Assembly: GCF_022539665.2 (NCBI RefSeq) | Contig: NC_081331.1 | Coordinates: 12,090,001 to 12,154,000 of the forward strand | From: Daphnia carinata | Taxonomy: Eukaryota | Direction of reading: 5' to 3' | Length of the DNA: 64,000 bases | Shown: positions 24,201 to 35,182 of the stretch, in pieces | How positions within the stretch are numbered: the first letter of the stretch is position 1 | Layout: each line of letters opens with the position of its first letter | The notes under the pieces: generated by a model | Told to the model about the DNA's origin: nothing | The model's input: the letters and a program-made list of their open reading frames with translations, nothing else | Database searches by the model: none | Translations under genes and position numbers: made by a program

Positions 24201-27200
24201 AGGCCGTGGTAGACGTTGAGGAAACCGTGACCCGAATCGGGATCGGCCATCTGGAGCGTGTACAACATATCGGCCGTGGATGGAGTCCAAGTCAAAATGA
24301 TCTGCTTGGCCGTCGCAGAGCGTAAAGTGGGCGGCGGAGGCGGTGGAGGCGGTGCGCCCATCGTCGTGGCTTTGAGGACTTGACTCCATCCGCTGGTTCC
24401 GATTTCGTTGCAAGCGGCCAGCCGAATTGCATAGCAGGTGGACGATTGCAGTTTGCTAATGGCGAACTGCTTGTTGCGGCCGCGATAAGCTTCGCTGTAC
24501 TGGTCGTTGCCGTCGTCGCACTCGAGAATGTAGTGGATGACGGGCGAGCCGTTGTCCGGCGGCGAGGACCAGCGCAGCAGCAAACTGTTCCTCGTCCGGT
24601 TCTGCAGTTTCGGCGGGAGCGGCGTGTCGGGCGGACAGGCATCCGTGCGAAAGTCAACGACCGGAGCATCTTTGACCTTTATCTGATTTACTAAGGCACT
24701 CACGCGGATCCAATAATCCGTGCCCGGTTGCAGATCCATCAACCTGATGTCATTATTTCGTTTTGGGGTAACGTGAAAATGTTGTCAACTTTGTTATTAT
24801 TCGATAAAACACGAAGACAAGACAAAAGCAAACGACGGTAATAATACGCAAAGAAAAGCTATTCGTGGCGTGTCTGTGACAAGCCAACCGTAACTACCTG
24901 AAATGACATTCTTTGCCACGGTAACTGCACTTCTCTTGAGAGCTGGACGATTTGCTGGCGCTCGTCTTCTGTCCAATCACGGCCTCGTACAATACATCTA
25001 ACACCGCCGAATTTCTGGCCAGTTCCACGGCCGTAATCGATTCGACTATCACAGGCTCAACGGGTTTCCAGCTAATGGTGGCCGATGTCGAATCGATATC
25101 GCCCACCTACACATGAAATAAAAAAAAAAGCAAAACGGTGAAAATAATAATTACAAAATCCCCAAGAATTTCTCAGTTTTTATTTATTTATTTTTTTAAA
25201 TCAATAGTTGAGTTAACTTCTTGTAACAGACCTGAGGCGCTCCAAGTTCGGTTATTCGTTCCGCCAACGCTTCTTGATGGGTTTTTTTATCTACCTCCGC
25301 TTGGTGATGCTGGTCTTGGCCACCTGAAGGCAAACTCATTTCCGGCATTCCATTTTGATTGCGGTCTTTCAGCTTTCGAATGTTGTTGTTATCTGCAAAT
25401 ATTTTTTCCGTGGAAATGTTACGTTGCATTTAAAAACGAAACGCGTAACAAAGCAATCAAATTAGTTTGCGCTTAATTGCGGCGTCAATCCGAAAAGAAT
25501 GAAACACTGGGCTGACCTTTCTTTGGAGAAGTGGGTGGCGTTTCCATTGCGGATGGTGTGGCCGGATTAAGGACGGCCATTGTCACTCCGCTCCCCGTTT
25601 TGCTCGACCTACTTTCCAATTTTTTGCGAAGTTTGGCTGATTGTCTCTGGAGCCGTTCATTTTGGTAATTCACCGGCGAAGGCGGAGATGGAGAAGGACC
25701 TGTCGGCAAAAAATCATTATAATAAAGATTTAAAGAAAATAAGCCAACATAAAAAAAAAAAAATAAATAAATTGCCAATGAAATTGCCACCTTCTGGAAT
25801 CTTCCGCTCATTTTTTTTTTTTTCATACCCCATAAACAGAACCATGAAATAGTTATTATAACATCAACGTCGACCTGGCAACGCGAAGGCATCAAAGATA
25901 CCAAAAAAGAACATCGGCCCCTCCTGCTGTATCTGTTTACAATCTCAGTGGATTTCGTTTGATAAGAGAAAAACGAACCCCACAATAAAAATAAAAATTC
26001 TAAAAACGAACTCGTCATTCGACAACGTGGCAACGTTTCTCAGAAATATTCTCAATCATGGCGGCGCCCAGAGAAGTAGAGAGAGAGTTGTGCAAGTCGA
26101 TACCTTTGGTGGTACTCGTAGCCGACGACATGTTGTAACCATGAGCTGCTGGATGGTGGTGATGATGTTGCTGGTGATGTTGCGAATGTGGCGGTCGTGT
26201 AGCACCGTGGTTAATCAGACTGGGCGGTCCACCGTAACCAACACCTCCACCGCCCGTTCCATTCGATCCGTAGTAGAGGGGTGGCGTCGTCGTCGTCGGT
26301 GGAGGTCCATGCGTCGTGCCCTTGAGAAACAACAAAAGACTTGCTTGATGAAACAGAAACACACGCAGCAAAACAACACGAACAAATATGCGGGTAAACC
26401 CTTTAAGTCTACCCTCCTTTCCCGATCGTTAAGTTTTCACACCTCCAATTCATCCATGATTATGTAGATGAGGCGGGGTGGGGGAGGCGGTGTTAACTGC
26501 GTAGCAAGTGACAAACGTGTAGGAACACACACACTAAAACTGATGGATCCAGACATAAAATAAGATCGGCCTTTTTTTTTTTGTAGTACCGATTCTGTAT
26601 GCGTGTGCGGTAAACGTGGCACGGCTGACCAATCAGCTAGCGCCAGCTCGTGCACGCGGCACAGATGGCGCACAGCGCCAGCGCGTCAGCAATTCTCTTC
26701 GTTCTCTCATATCTCGTTGTGCCGAAATAGTATCCTTTAGACAACGCGCAATCGAAAGCTCTTTAATCGCGCCCCGTTGCCATCGCAGCAGTATTGAGAT
26801 AGAGGAAATATCGTCACTCCTGGAAAAATAATTGTGATCTTTCCCAAAGAATCCAGAAAAATAAAAGCAAAAGAATGCGGATATTGTACTGAAAGTAATA
26901 AAAAAAAAAAAGGGGGGACCCCTATTAAAACAAAACCGGTTTTTTGGGGGGGTTTGTTTAACTCTTCGCTTTAACCTCTCACAAGAAGGAAAAAAAGCCG
27001 GTTTTTTTCCCTTTGTAACGACGTTTTGTTTACCGAGAACTGGAGAAAAAGAAAAATCTCAGCTGTTGCGATGGCTGCCTCGTTCCGGCATAAGATAAAT
27101 AAATAAATAAAGAATCAAACAATAAAAAATCAAATGACATCTATTCTCTATCGATAAAGAAGATATTGCTTTTTTTTTTTTTTGAAACGCGTAAAGGGAA

Positions 27201-28662
27201 AACATTGTGCGTTACTCGTCGTCGTCAAGTCGCTTTTATTTCTTGTGTCTCCCCGTGGTATGTATAAATAATTCACAGCGACGGGATGCTTTTTAGGGAT
27301 TTCCCGGTAAAGTGAACACGTAACAATCTATTTCGAGACGAAGACGAGTTACTCGATTCTTTTTGCCTTCATTTTCCGATTATTTCCTCCGCCCTCCTCT
27401 TCGCAATTTAATCCCCCCCCCCAGTTCGTGCACACGCCACCCCCTCCACCCCACTTCTTGCGATTATTGGAAACAAGTCGATACTTTATTCATTCATCTC
27501 TGCAACGCATGGGATACTAGCCGTAATCAATTTTAGCCAGAAATGCTTAAATATGAATTGAATCCGTTTAAAATGTAGTCCGCTGAAAAGTGCAAGGGAA
27601 GGAAGAAATCTCTCATTTTTCTTTTAATCTGATCGGCGTATTTGACGTCATCAAGAGGCAATTTGCGTCGTGTATCTTTGACGCCCTGCCATTTCACGAG
27701 AGATACTTTTCTACAGGCTGTCAATCTTTGATGAGCTTCGATTGGATGGCACGAACCATTCAAGAAAAACAAGTAGAAAAAAAAAGCAAAACAAAAACAA
27801 GAGTGGGCGATGACATCGCAGTGACGTCACTCGGATAGGGATCGAGAGAGGACAAGAAAAGGACGGAAAAAAAAAAATCAATACTTACATAGTGCGGGGG
27901 CGGCGGAGGTGGATGTGGCGGCGGCGGAGTGGCGAGCGGTAAAACTCCCAAGTTGTTCGTCTGTTGTGGCGGTGGCGGTTGTAGCGGTGCGGCAGTTGCC
28001 GCTCCCAAAACAGTCGGCGTTGTTGTCGACGTTGTTGTTGTCGTTGTTGTTGTTGCCCCATCCGCCGTCGTCGTCTGCTTGTTAGCTGCCGCCGCGGCTG
28101 CAACAGCGGCCGCAACAGCCGCCGCCGTGGCGGCAGGAGCTGGTGATAAAATAACATGACGCAATGTGCCTCTTTCATCGACTATCTGTTGAAGAACGTG
28201 GCCGGGTGGCACTTGGACAGGCAGCGGCACAGGAGGTGATCCCGTTGACACCATCCGCACCGTTGCCGGACCTATAAAGAAAACACAAACGATAAAAAAA
28301 AATTTGTTTAGATGTTATATTAAAAGAAAAAAAAAGGTCAACATGGAGTTACACCATAATGTTGTAAGGCGAGAAACAGATACGAGAGAAAGAATTCAAT
28401 TAGAGGACAATCGCGATTAAGAACGTTAAATCCAGCTCGAAACTTCCTATCAAATAAGCGTTACACCATAAGGCTCGCACACGAATCGGCTTTACAAAAA
28501 AGAAGAAGGAAAAGGTGATGTCTTTCACCTGAAAATGGATGAATGTCGTATATCAGCTCGTCTTTTTCTCCTATGCCCCAAAAATTGTTCCCCTCTAATC
28601 TGGTCTGTGTCCTGCGTGCGTACATTTACCCGCAGATTGAAGAAAGCAAAAAAAAATAAAAA

Positions 28663-28695
<33 letters not shown>

Positions 28696-31600
28696 AACCC
28701 GTGGCAATAGAAAAACTCGTCGCATTGGGATTAGAGAGAACTGGAGAGTAGCAGTGACAAATGATCTTCTATTCAAACAGGGAAAAGAATCTGAATAATT
28801 CTTTTTTTATTTTTCCTTTGAAATCTCCATGTCTTTGTCGGAGTCCTTTTTCATTTGTCCGCTTCATCTTAGAATGGCAGAAAGAGAAACTCCAAGTATT
28901 TTCTGTACTTCGTTTTTTTAAAAATGAAAACCAAAAAAACTACGACGCAATTTACGAGAGGAGGTAAGAGTTTGATGTATGCGTAGCTTAACGCAATCAT
29001 ACCTCACCAAATCTCGTCTTCGTAAAATGAAAGTTCATCACTGGAAAATACAGCGCGGACGCTAGGAAACAAGGGCACGGCCTACGGCCAAATCGATTTT
29101 CTAACATGAAGCGAGGGACGAAGAGGAGAAAGGTCACAAGTGAATACGCACTAGTTCTCCGTTTCGCCGTCGAGCGCCTACACTAACGTCAAACTGCTGA
29201 CACTGACAGTCAAATATTTCCAAGAAACGTTAATCATTCATTCAATTGTCACCATAGCCAACCTTCTCCTTTTTCAAACGCGTTTGACTTTCTTCCTACC
29301 TCCACCGCAGTCACCACCTACACCTCCTACACCCATATTTTTTTTTTCTCTCGCAATCCAGCCGGAATAGAGATTAGCATGTTCTTTTTTCCTCCCCATT
29401 TTCGCTGCTCCTCATTTTTTGTTTTGATGCATAGCAGAAAATAAAAAAAAAAAAACCGGGAGAAACAGACATCTGGTTGTAGAATGGCGCACATCTCTGA
29501 CACATCGAGGGGAGTCGGAAAAGTTAATGGTAACTCCATATGGCGTCAATGAAAATATCTTAAATAAATAGGGATAGATACTATTTACTACATCGTGTTA
29601 TACCCTTTCTTTCTCTATCAGTTGGCTCATCGATCAAGTGTCAGGCACGTCCACGTCATCGCAGACTGGACGCTTTACGTCTGCAATAACAACGCCGGCC
29701 CGCCTCAAGCGGACACCAATATTACAACCATTTCTACAGGGACTGCAAAGAACTAATACGGCTAGAACTATATACCATCGCTGGCCTTCTCTTGATGGTG
29801 CTACAGTGTCGTACTTTTGACGTCACTACTTCTTTAAGGGGGGAGGAGGAAAAAAAAGAACGAGATTGTCGGCGGAGGGCGGTAGGAGGACGAGGAGTTC
29901 CCAGCGAAAAAGAGATCAATAGTGGAGGGACTGTTACTTATGTACAGCAGGTCTTGCCCTCTGCCCCTGCACACAATCCAGTCCGACAACGTCCTTCCCC
30001 CTCTTTTTTTTTTTCGGGAGTCCGTTCGAACAACAGCTGCACGTATACAATTTCTTTCCCTCTTCAGTTACCTCACCGTCTTTTTCTTAAATATTATTTA
30101 ACATCACACATTTTTGGGGGAAAAGAGGCTACTACTTTATCTAGATGAAAGCAGTTGGATTCCAAGCTATTCTCGCCCTTTTTTTTAATATAATCCAATT
30201 CAATAGCTAAAAGCAAGTCACTGCCACGTCTTATGTCAACGCCATGACGAGGACTCTTCTTCGACGCGCGTAATATGAAAAAAACAAACACGTGATTTAC
30301 TGCAGACATCGGGATATACGCACACACAAAACACACTCATATTTCTACTATAAACATTGCGTAGGAAAAAAAAAAAGTCATCGTCATCGCAGTATTTTGT
30401 AAAGAAATCCATCTTTTTTGCACGTCTCTCTTTTTTTTTTTTTTTTCAAGAGAAAACGGGATTTTTCCTCACGTTACGCGCAAGTTCGGTGAGTGCGCAC
30501 AAGTTGTTGCATGCGCGCATTTTTCGTTACGCCAACGTTGTGTATATTTTTTTTTTCCCTGTTTGTTTGGCCTAATTCCATATAAGGAGGAGGAGACGAA
30601 AAAAAAAACAACAACAGAATACCCCAAGTGGAAAGTGTGTATGCATGCGTGGCAGACCGGAAAATTGTTGTTTCTCTCCCACCTAGGAGCCACACGCACC
30701 TGTCGATGTTCCTTATTCGTTTTTTTTTCCTACAATTTTTTTTATTTGTTAAATAAGACCGGCATTTGCGTCATTGAATGTGTATCACATTTTTATAGAT
30801 AAGAACCGGATTTGAACGAAAAAAAAAAATAATTAAAAAAGCACCGCGGCAAAACAAGCGAGATTATTTGCGTTGCTGAGTTTGTACCGTACCCAGTCGA
30901 TGTAGAGTTATTAGGATGATGTTTCGTCTCATTTCACTGCCATGCCGTATCGAGTTTCTTCTAGCAAATTACCTTCGTCAACATTATCATCCATCCCTGC
31001 CGCACGGTGGGTGTCCATAGCTATCTAATGATCAGGTAAGCTAACACGAATGGGCGGCGTATGGCCGTCTGCATGCGCACGATTACGATCTTCATCGTAC
31101 CTCGTATAGTACACGGCTCAATCTTTTCATACTTTTCTCTAGTAGCAAACGAAAGTAACTGTAATTTGTAGATTGCCTACAGCCGTATGTGCAAAGTCAC
31201 ATCATCGCTCGCCTATTGGCCACGTTCGCCCACCCTCTTCGAGAATCACGTTTCCGTTCCCGGGCAGGCCGGGAGAACGGGCGGTGGGAGGGGGGCCACT
31301 GCGTGTTATTGACGTCACTACTGCTCCAATCACTGACGAACAGAAAGACGCTGTTTTCTTTTTACCATTTGCAAATCGAAATTTTTCTTTTTCTGATTTG
31401 CCAGCCAACAGCAGATCAAAATGCGCCCGTCATGGGTAGCCATAGACTTTGCTAAATCAAAAAGACGGTCATCGTCATTCATCATTGCTCCTCTGTTTAC
31501 TCTCAAAAGTGAAAACGCACGAGACTGGGAATCTAGTTTCTTTTTTTGCCCGCTCGTCTTCTAAGGTCGACAACTGACACGAAACACGTCGACAGACTGG

Positions 31601-34600
31601 CCAGACAAGGACAGCTTCTCTCCTCTCTCCATCTTCCCTCCTTTTTCATTGACATTTTCGTGGTATTCGGTCTATGTTTTCAGTTCGAAACCCGACAAGT
31701 AGCAGACACACATTGAGCAATAGATTGGCGAAGACATCCAAGTGCTGCCAAGAAAATCGTATGGATCCCACCACCCTCCATCCTCTTTTCCTCCTGCAAT
31801 TCAATTTGGATCCCTTTTCTTTCTTTTTTTTTCGGTTGATCATTGCACAATACATCATTCATTCATTACACGAGAGTCTTGTAGTGGTTTGGATTTAAAA
31901 AAAAAAAAAAAAAAAAAAGAATTAAACTCTTTGTGTGCGCATTTTGCCGGGCTGGACAACTTGTTATCGTGCAAGATTAACGAGACGGTTATCGGAGAAC
32001 TGCCTTCTAGACGCATCGAATCGCGTACAGAAAGTTCAAAAAGTCTCGTGTTTTGTTGAAAACGAATCTTTTTTCTCGAGTTCGGAAGAAAAGAAACTGT
32101 TAGATAGTGAGAGAAAAAAAAAATAAAGACGGAAATAAACGGCCGTCACTGGCACAAGAAAAATAGGGGGGAATGAAGAGAGGAACTGTCTACAGTTTCC
32201 AAGGAGTGCCCCCAAACCAACAAGGCGAGTGCGCTATCTCCATGCAGTACATGAACGACATCTTTCACTAGTACGAACCATCTGTCTAAGATATAAGAAT
32301 GTCGTTTTGCCTAGTTTCTTTTTTTACTCCCCCTCTTTTTTTTTCTTTTTTTTTTTTTTTAACTAAAACAGTTTTTGCTCTCTCCAGTTTTCTCCTGTGC
32401 TGAAGCAAATCGTTTTTCGCGCAAGCAAAACGAAGAAGAAAAATAAACTTTCCTCCTAATTAAATTGAGTTCTATATACGGAACGCAAGATCGTGAATTA
32501 GATAGACGACCGACGGGTCGTCTAGGCCGCGATAACAGAAAGAAGAAAAAAAAAAGAGAAGGGACCGGCATACTAAACAAGCAGTCGACTGATGAAATAA
32601 CAAACTTGCGACACGGCCACTAACTAGGGGTTATCAATGATGGACGTCTTCAACTCCAGCACACACACACACACAAAAAAAAAATATTAAAGATATATGT
32701 GAAAGAGCTAGAGAATGAAATGCCTGCTGTGTCTGAAAGTCTTGACAGTTCAACCATGAAACGGCGACTTGTGTTTCGCTTCTGGAATGAGAGGGGGGTT
32801 TTTCCACGCACCAAGAAAACAAAAACCCCCAGAGCCAGACATGGGACGGCCAAATTTGTTTATGGACGGAAAGATGGCCAGACGCGGACAGGGAGTGGCT
32901 CATGTGCACATCTTGTTGGCTTGACTGACTTTGAGATGTGTTTAATTTTTGTTTGCGTTTCCCACCATTTCTTTTTTGCTTTTTCGTTTACATCCTCCAG
33001 CCATCAGAAATGCATGGGAGGTTCAAGTTCATTTGACTGACCGGATATCGACTCCAGCACCGCACACGCTCCGCAGTCGCACGAAATGGAACTCAAAAAT
33101 GACCAATTGAGTCAAGTCGGAATAATGGAGAGCGTTTTCCAGCCGTGACGGGCACACAGAAAAGCTTCTTAACTCTTGGCGGTCTTCATCATCATCAACT
33201 GCCGCCCCCGCAGTAAAGCAACGGAGGGGGGAAATGGATTGTTAAAAGGGCCATGACCAAAAATAGCCTACGGGTGGGCAACCGGCCCTCGTCCCCACGG
33301 CCGCGTTTGTATTGTCCAATTGTCAATTCCTCGCAATCAACGAAGAGCTGGGCGAATGGACGTGCGGGTTGGACTTTCTCCTCTCTCTCTCTCTCGTTCT
33401 CTCCAAAAAAAAAAAAAAAGAAATACAGCGCCACTACCGTCACCCTTCATGTGCGTCACAAAACACAAACATGTTGTTGTCGGCGTCTGGCAGACGATAA
33501 CAACTTGACACAGGCAAACAGAGGGATAGGGGACGCCCCAGTTTAAAAACAAAAAAAGAAATGGGCTTTAAAAAAAAAATACAAGGAAAAAAAAACGTAC
33601 CTTGAATCACTTGAACTTGGCCGCCCATTTGTAGGCTGACCGTTTCGCCCGGATTGACATGCAAATGAACCACATGTTGGCCGGGAGCCGATGGTGGAGG
33701 TGGGCAAGAGGATGATGATCCACCGTGAAGGATAAGCATAGGTGTACTGCCGGAATTAGCTGCACTGGTTGCAGGCGGATTGTTGTTGTTGACGTTATTG
33801 TTGTTGATGGCGGCCGTTGTTGCAGTGCTGACCCCCGGAGACGATCCTCGTGAACGCCCAGAAGACGGCGATGGAGTGTATCGACCTCCACCGGAAGACG
33901 AATGCGTTTGGCCGGACGCACGTCTCTGTTGCGTGGCGCTGTTGTTCTGCGAAACAGATCGATGATTAGGCCGTTTGGGGCTCACGCTCGAACCTCGTCC
34001 TGCCCGGTGATTCCGTCCGCCTGGTCCACCACCGCCGCCACCTTTTCCCGAGCCACCAAACGCTGTTAAATGCGTCGGTGGGGGACCATTTCCCCCAGCA
34101 GGTCCTCCACCCATATGAAGGGCCGTCGGATCAAAAATGACTCCAGACGCGGGATCGTATGGTGGGGCAGCCAGCAATCCTGAATCGTACCCTCCGCCGC
34201 CTACACCGCCGAGGTATCCCCCATAGTCGGCCATACCGGCCGTCATAGGGTCGTGGTAAGCATGCGGATGTAAGAAATGAGGCGGCGGATGTGGGTGATG
34301 GTGTTGCGGTTGCTGTTGCGACTGGAAATGATGCGGATGACCTATCGAACCTCCTATGACGTGGTGGTGATGGTGGTGGTGATGATGCGGGTGTGCATGA
34401 TGATGATGCGGATGAACGTAGCCGTGCTGTTGTCCACCTACCACCGGATGGTGATGCTGCGGCCAACTGTGCGCGGCTTGAGCCGTTGGCATTTGATGGT
34501 GCGGATAGCCGGCCATTGCCGAAGCATCGACTAGCACCGTCGTAAAACCCGTTTCCGTGTTAATAGCCACCGGTTCCATGACTCGCGGAGCGTGCACAAC

Positions 34601-35182
34601 CGGACCGTGGTGTTGCTGCGGCTGTAAGTGCTGACGGTGGTGAACTTGTTGCTGCTGTCCGTTCATCCAGGAATAATCAACAGGAGGCAAAGGCAGCATG
34701 CCGGGCTCGGCCAAAATGGCGCCCATCATCCCTGCCATTGACGGCTGCTGCTGCTGCTGCTGCTGCTGTTGATGATGATGGTGCCCCAACTGAACTTTAG
34801 AGGCCGTCACTTCCATCTGTTGCTGCTGTTGCTGCTGCATCATCATCATGACTTCGTGTTCCAATTGAACGTCCGATTCCGTATGGCTACCCGACGTTCC
34901 GTGACCAGAATCCGGACTGGCAACGCTTAAATTGTCTTCTCCCATGCTGGGTGGTGGTAGAATGAGAGATGCGGATGCCACACGATGCTGACAAGAATCC
35001 ACAACGTCACCGCCACTCGCTTCTTCTTCGTCAACTAGTTGATCCTTTTCTTTGGCTTCTTCGTGGTCCGTTTCGCTGCACAACGGGATGCTGGCAACAG
35101 GCATTTTTGGGTTACGATGTACAGTTGTGTCGCTTGATGCTGGGCTTGTTTCGTCGCTATTGACCGACTTGACTTGGGCCAT
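21114..35182 (-). CDS. FNDC3: Fibronectin type III domain-containing protein 3 (FNDC3A/B family; Drosophila miles to go), complete 16-exon CDS, 1790 aa
   Basis: Join (minus): 35182-33601, 28271-27889, 26320-26104, 25699-25517, 25392-25232, 25106-24898, 24743-24146, 23960-23537, 23414-23242, 23147-22791, 22710-22451, 22353-22150, 22054-21888, 21800-21667, 21601-21401, 21233-21114. Total 5373 nt, all GT-AG, phases consistent. Carries the FNDC3 N-terminal motif HVNPGETVSL...IQGPATVRMVS...VPPGHVLQQIVDERGTLRHVILSP, nine FN3 repeats, no signal peptide and a C-terminal TM helix. Confidence 0.93.
21401..21601 (-). CDS. FNDC3: FNDC3 coding exon 15 (end of FN3-9 and linker)
   Basis: TRRCSESEMAVDGLESRTEYAVRVCPIR...GAYSPLKTF...NSSSQ; acceptor ACGCAG|, donor CAG|GTAAAA (phase 0). 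Confidence 0.85.
21667..21800 (-). CDS. FNDC3: FNDC3 coding exon 14 (start of FN3-9)
   Basis: KPEVLDLTETSCRIVWSAYR...IIYLVEVIRTRESPEPIV; acceptor TTCACAG|, donor GTG|GTACTT. Confidence 0.85.
21888..22054 (-). CDS. FNDC3: FNDC3 coding exon 13 (end of FN3-8; absent from the ORF track)
   Basis: Manual translation YYLVYEGTSHSYRVPKLKESTSYTFRICARNEVGEGPYSEDIVFTTTRAPPPTLK; acceptor AATTAG|, donor AAAA|GTAAAC (phase 1). Confidence 0.9.
22150..22353 (-). CDS. FNDC3: FNDC3 coding exon 12 (end of FN3-7, start of FN3-8)
   Basis: VRVQAANAIGVGPYS...PPDAPRLECVQANHNSLKLRW; acceptor TTTACAG|, donor AA|GTACGG (phase 2). Confidence 0.92.
22451..22710 (-). CDS. FNDC3: FNDC3 coding exon 11 (FN3-7)
   Basis: AVNAIGVSVFS...SLSWNAPHCNGSSITHYNVE...LTPDTTYR; acceptor TTGTAG|, donor AG|GTCGGT (phase 2). 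Confidence 0.92.
22791..23147 (-). CDS. FNDC3: FNDC3 coding exon 10 (FN3-6)
   Basis: FGPWSESFEIKSGPGVPSAP...SLVWNEPDNNGSAVHEYRLE...GLHPWTTYHFRVQ; acceptor GTTTAG|, donor CAA|GTATTT. Confidence 0.92.
23242..23414 (-). CDS. FNDC3: FNDC3 coding exon 9 (FN3-5 core; absent from the ORF track)
   Basis: Manual translation AKPEYDGGSLVTQYEVNMINPDNSTRIVFSGYETECLVASLLPGRCYAFQVRASNRIG; acceptor AATAG|, donor GGA|GTACGT. Confidence 0.9.
23499..23533. repeat. (TTG)n/(TTA)n microsatellite next to the FNDC3 exon-8 donor
   Basis: Directly visible. Confidence 0.9.
23537..23960 (-). CDS. FNDC3: FNDC3 coding exon 8 (FN3-4 and start of FN3-5)
   Basis: LQAQNDDGLSRWS...FRVRWDPPLDTGGAPV...LTPGTTYRVRISC...SLQLGW; acceptor TACAG|, donor TGGG|GTAAAT (phase 1). 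Confidence 0.93.
24146..24743 (-). CDS. FNDC3: FNDC3 coding exon 7 (end of FN3-1, FN3-2, most of FN3-3)
   Basis: DLQPGTDYWIRVSA, RTRNSLLLRWSSPPDNGSPV, GLTRSTSYRFR; acceptor CATCAG|, donor AGA|GTAAGT. Confidence 0.93.
24898..25106 (-). CDS. FNDC3: FNDC3 coding exon 6 (FN3-1, N-terminal part)
   Basis: Acceptor GTAG|GTG; VGDIDSTSATISWKP...YRGKECHFR; donor AG|GTAGTT (phase 2). Confidence 0.88.
25232..25392 (-). CDS. FNDC3: FNDC3 coding exon 5
   Basis: Acceptor TTTGCAG|AT; DNNNIRKLKD...ITELGAPQ; donor CAG|GTCTGT (phase 0). Confidence 0.83.
25517..25699 (-). CDS. FNDC3: FNDC3 coding exon 4
   Basis: Acceptor CCGACAG|GT CCT; GPSPSPPSPVNYQNERLQRQSAKLRKKLESR...SPKK; donor AAAG|GTCAGC (phase 1). Confidence 0.85.
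26104..26320 (-). CDS. FNDC3: FNDC3 coding exon 3 (P/G/H-rich)
   Basis: Acceptor TTTCTCAAG|GGC, GTTHGPPPTTTTPPLYY...TSTTK, donor AAAG|GTATCG. Bridges phase 0 to phase 1 as required. The AAG acceptor makes the 5' boundary slightly less certain. Confidence 0.78.
27889..28271 (-). CDS. FNDC3: FNDC3 coding exon 2
   Basis: Acceptor TTTATAG|GT CCG gives GPATVRMVSTGSPPVPLPVQVPPGHVLQQIVDERGTLRHVILSP...PPPPPHY; donor TAT|GTAAGT (phase 0). Confidence 0.9.
28655..28693. repeat. (TAAA)n-type microsatellite in FNDC3 intron 1
   Basis: Directly visible. Confidence 0.85.
33601..35182 (-). CDS. FNDC3: FNDC3 coding exon 1 (low-complexity polyQ/polyH/G-rich N-terminus and start of the conserved motif)
   Basis: ATG at 35182 opens a long ORF ending HLHVNPGETVSLQMGGQVQVIQG at donor CAAG|GTACGT (phase 1). 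Probable upstream acceptor TTGCCACAG| at 35316. Confidence 0.88.

Noticed and set aside
23689..24694. Plus-strand and alternate-frame ORFs overlapping FNDC3 exons 7-8 (similar ones at 26027-26467, 27885-28178 and 33607-35285)
   Set aside because: Shadow ORFs expected from GC-rich coding exons.
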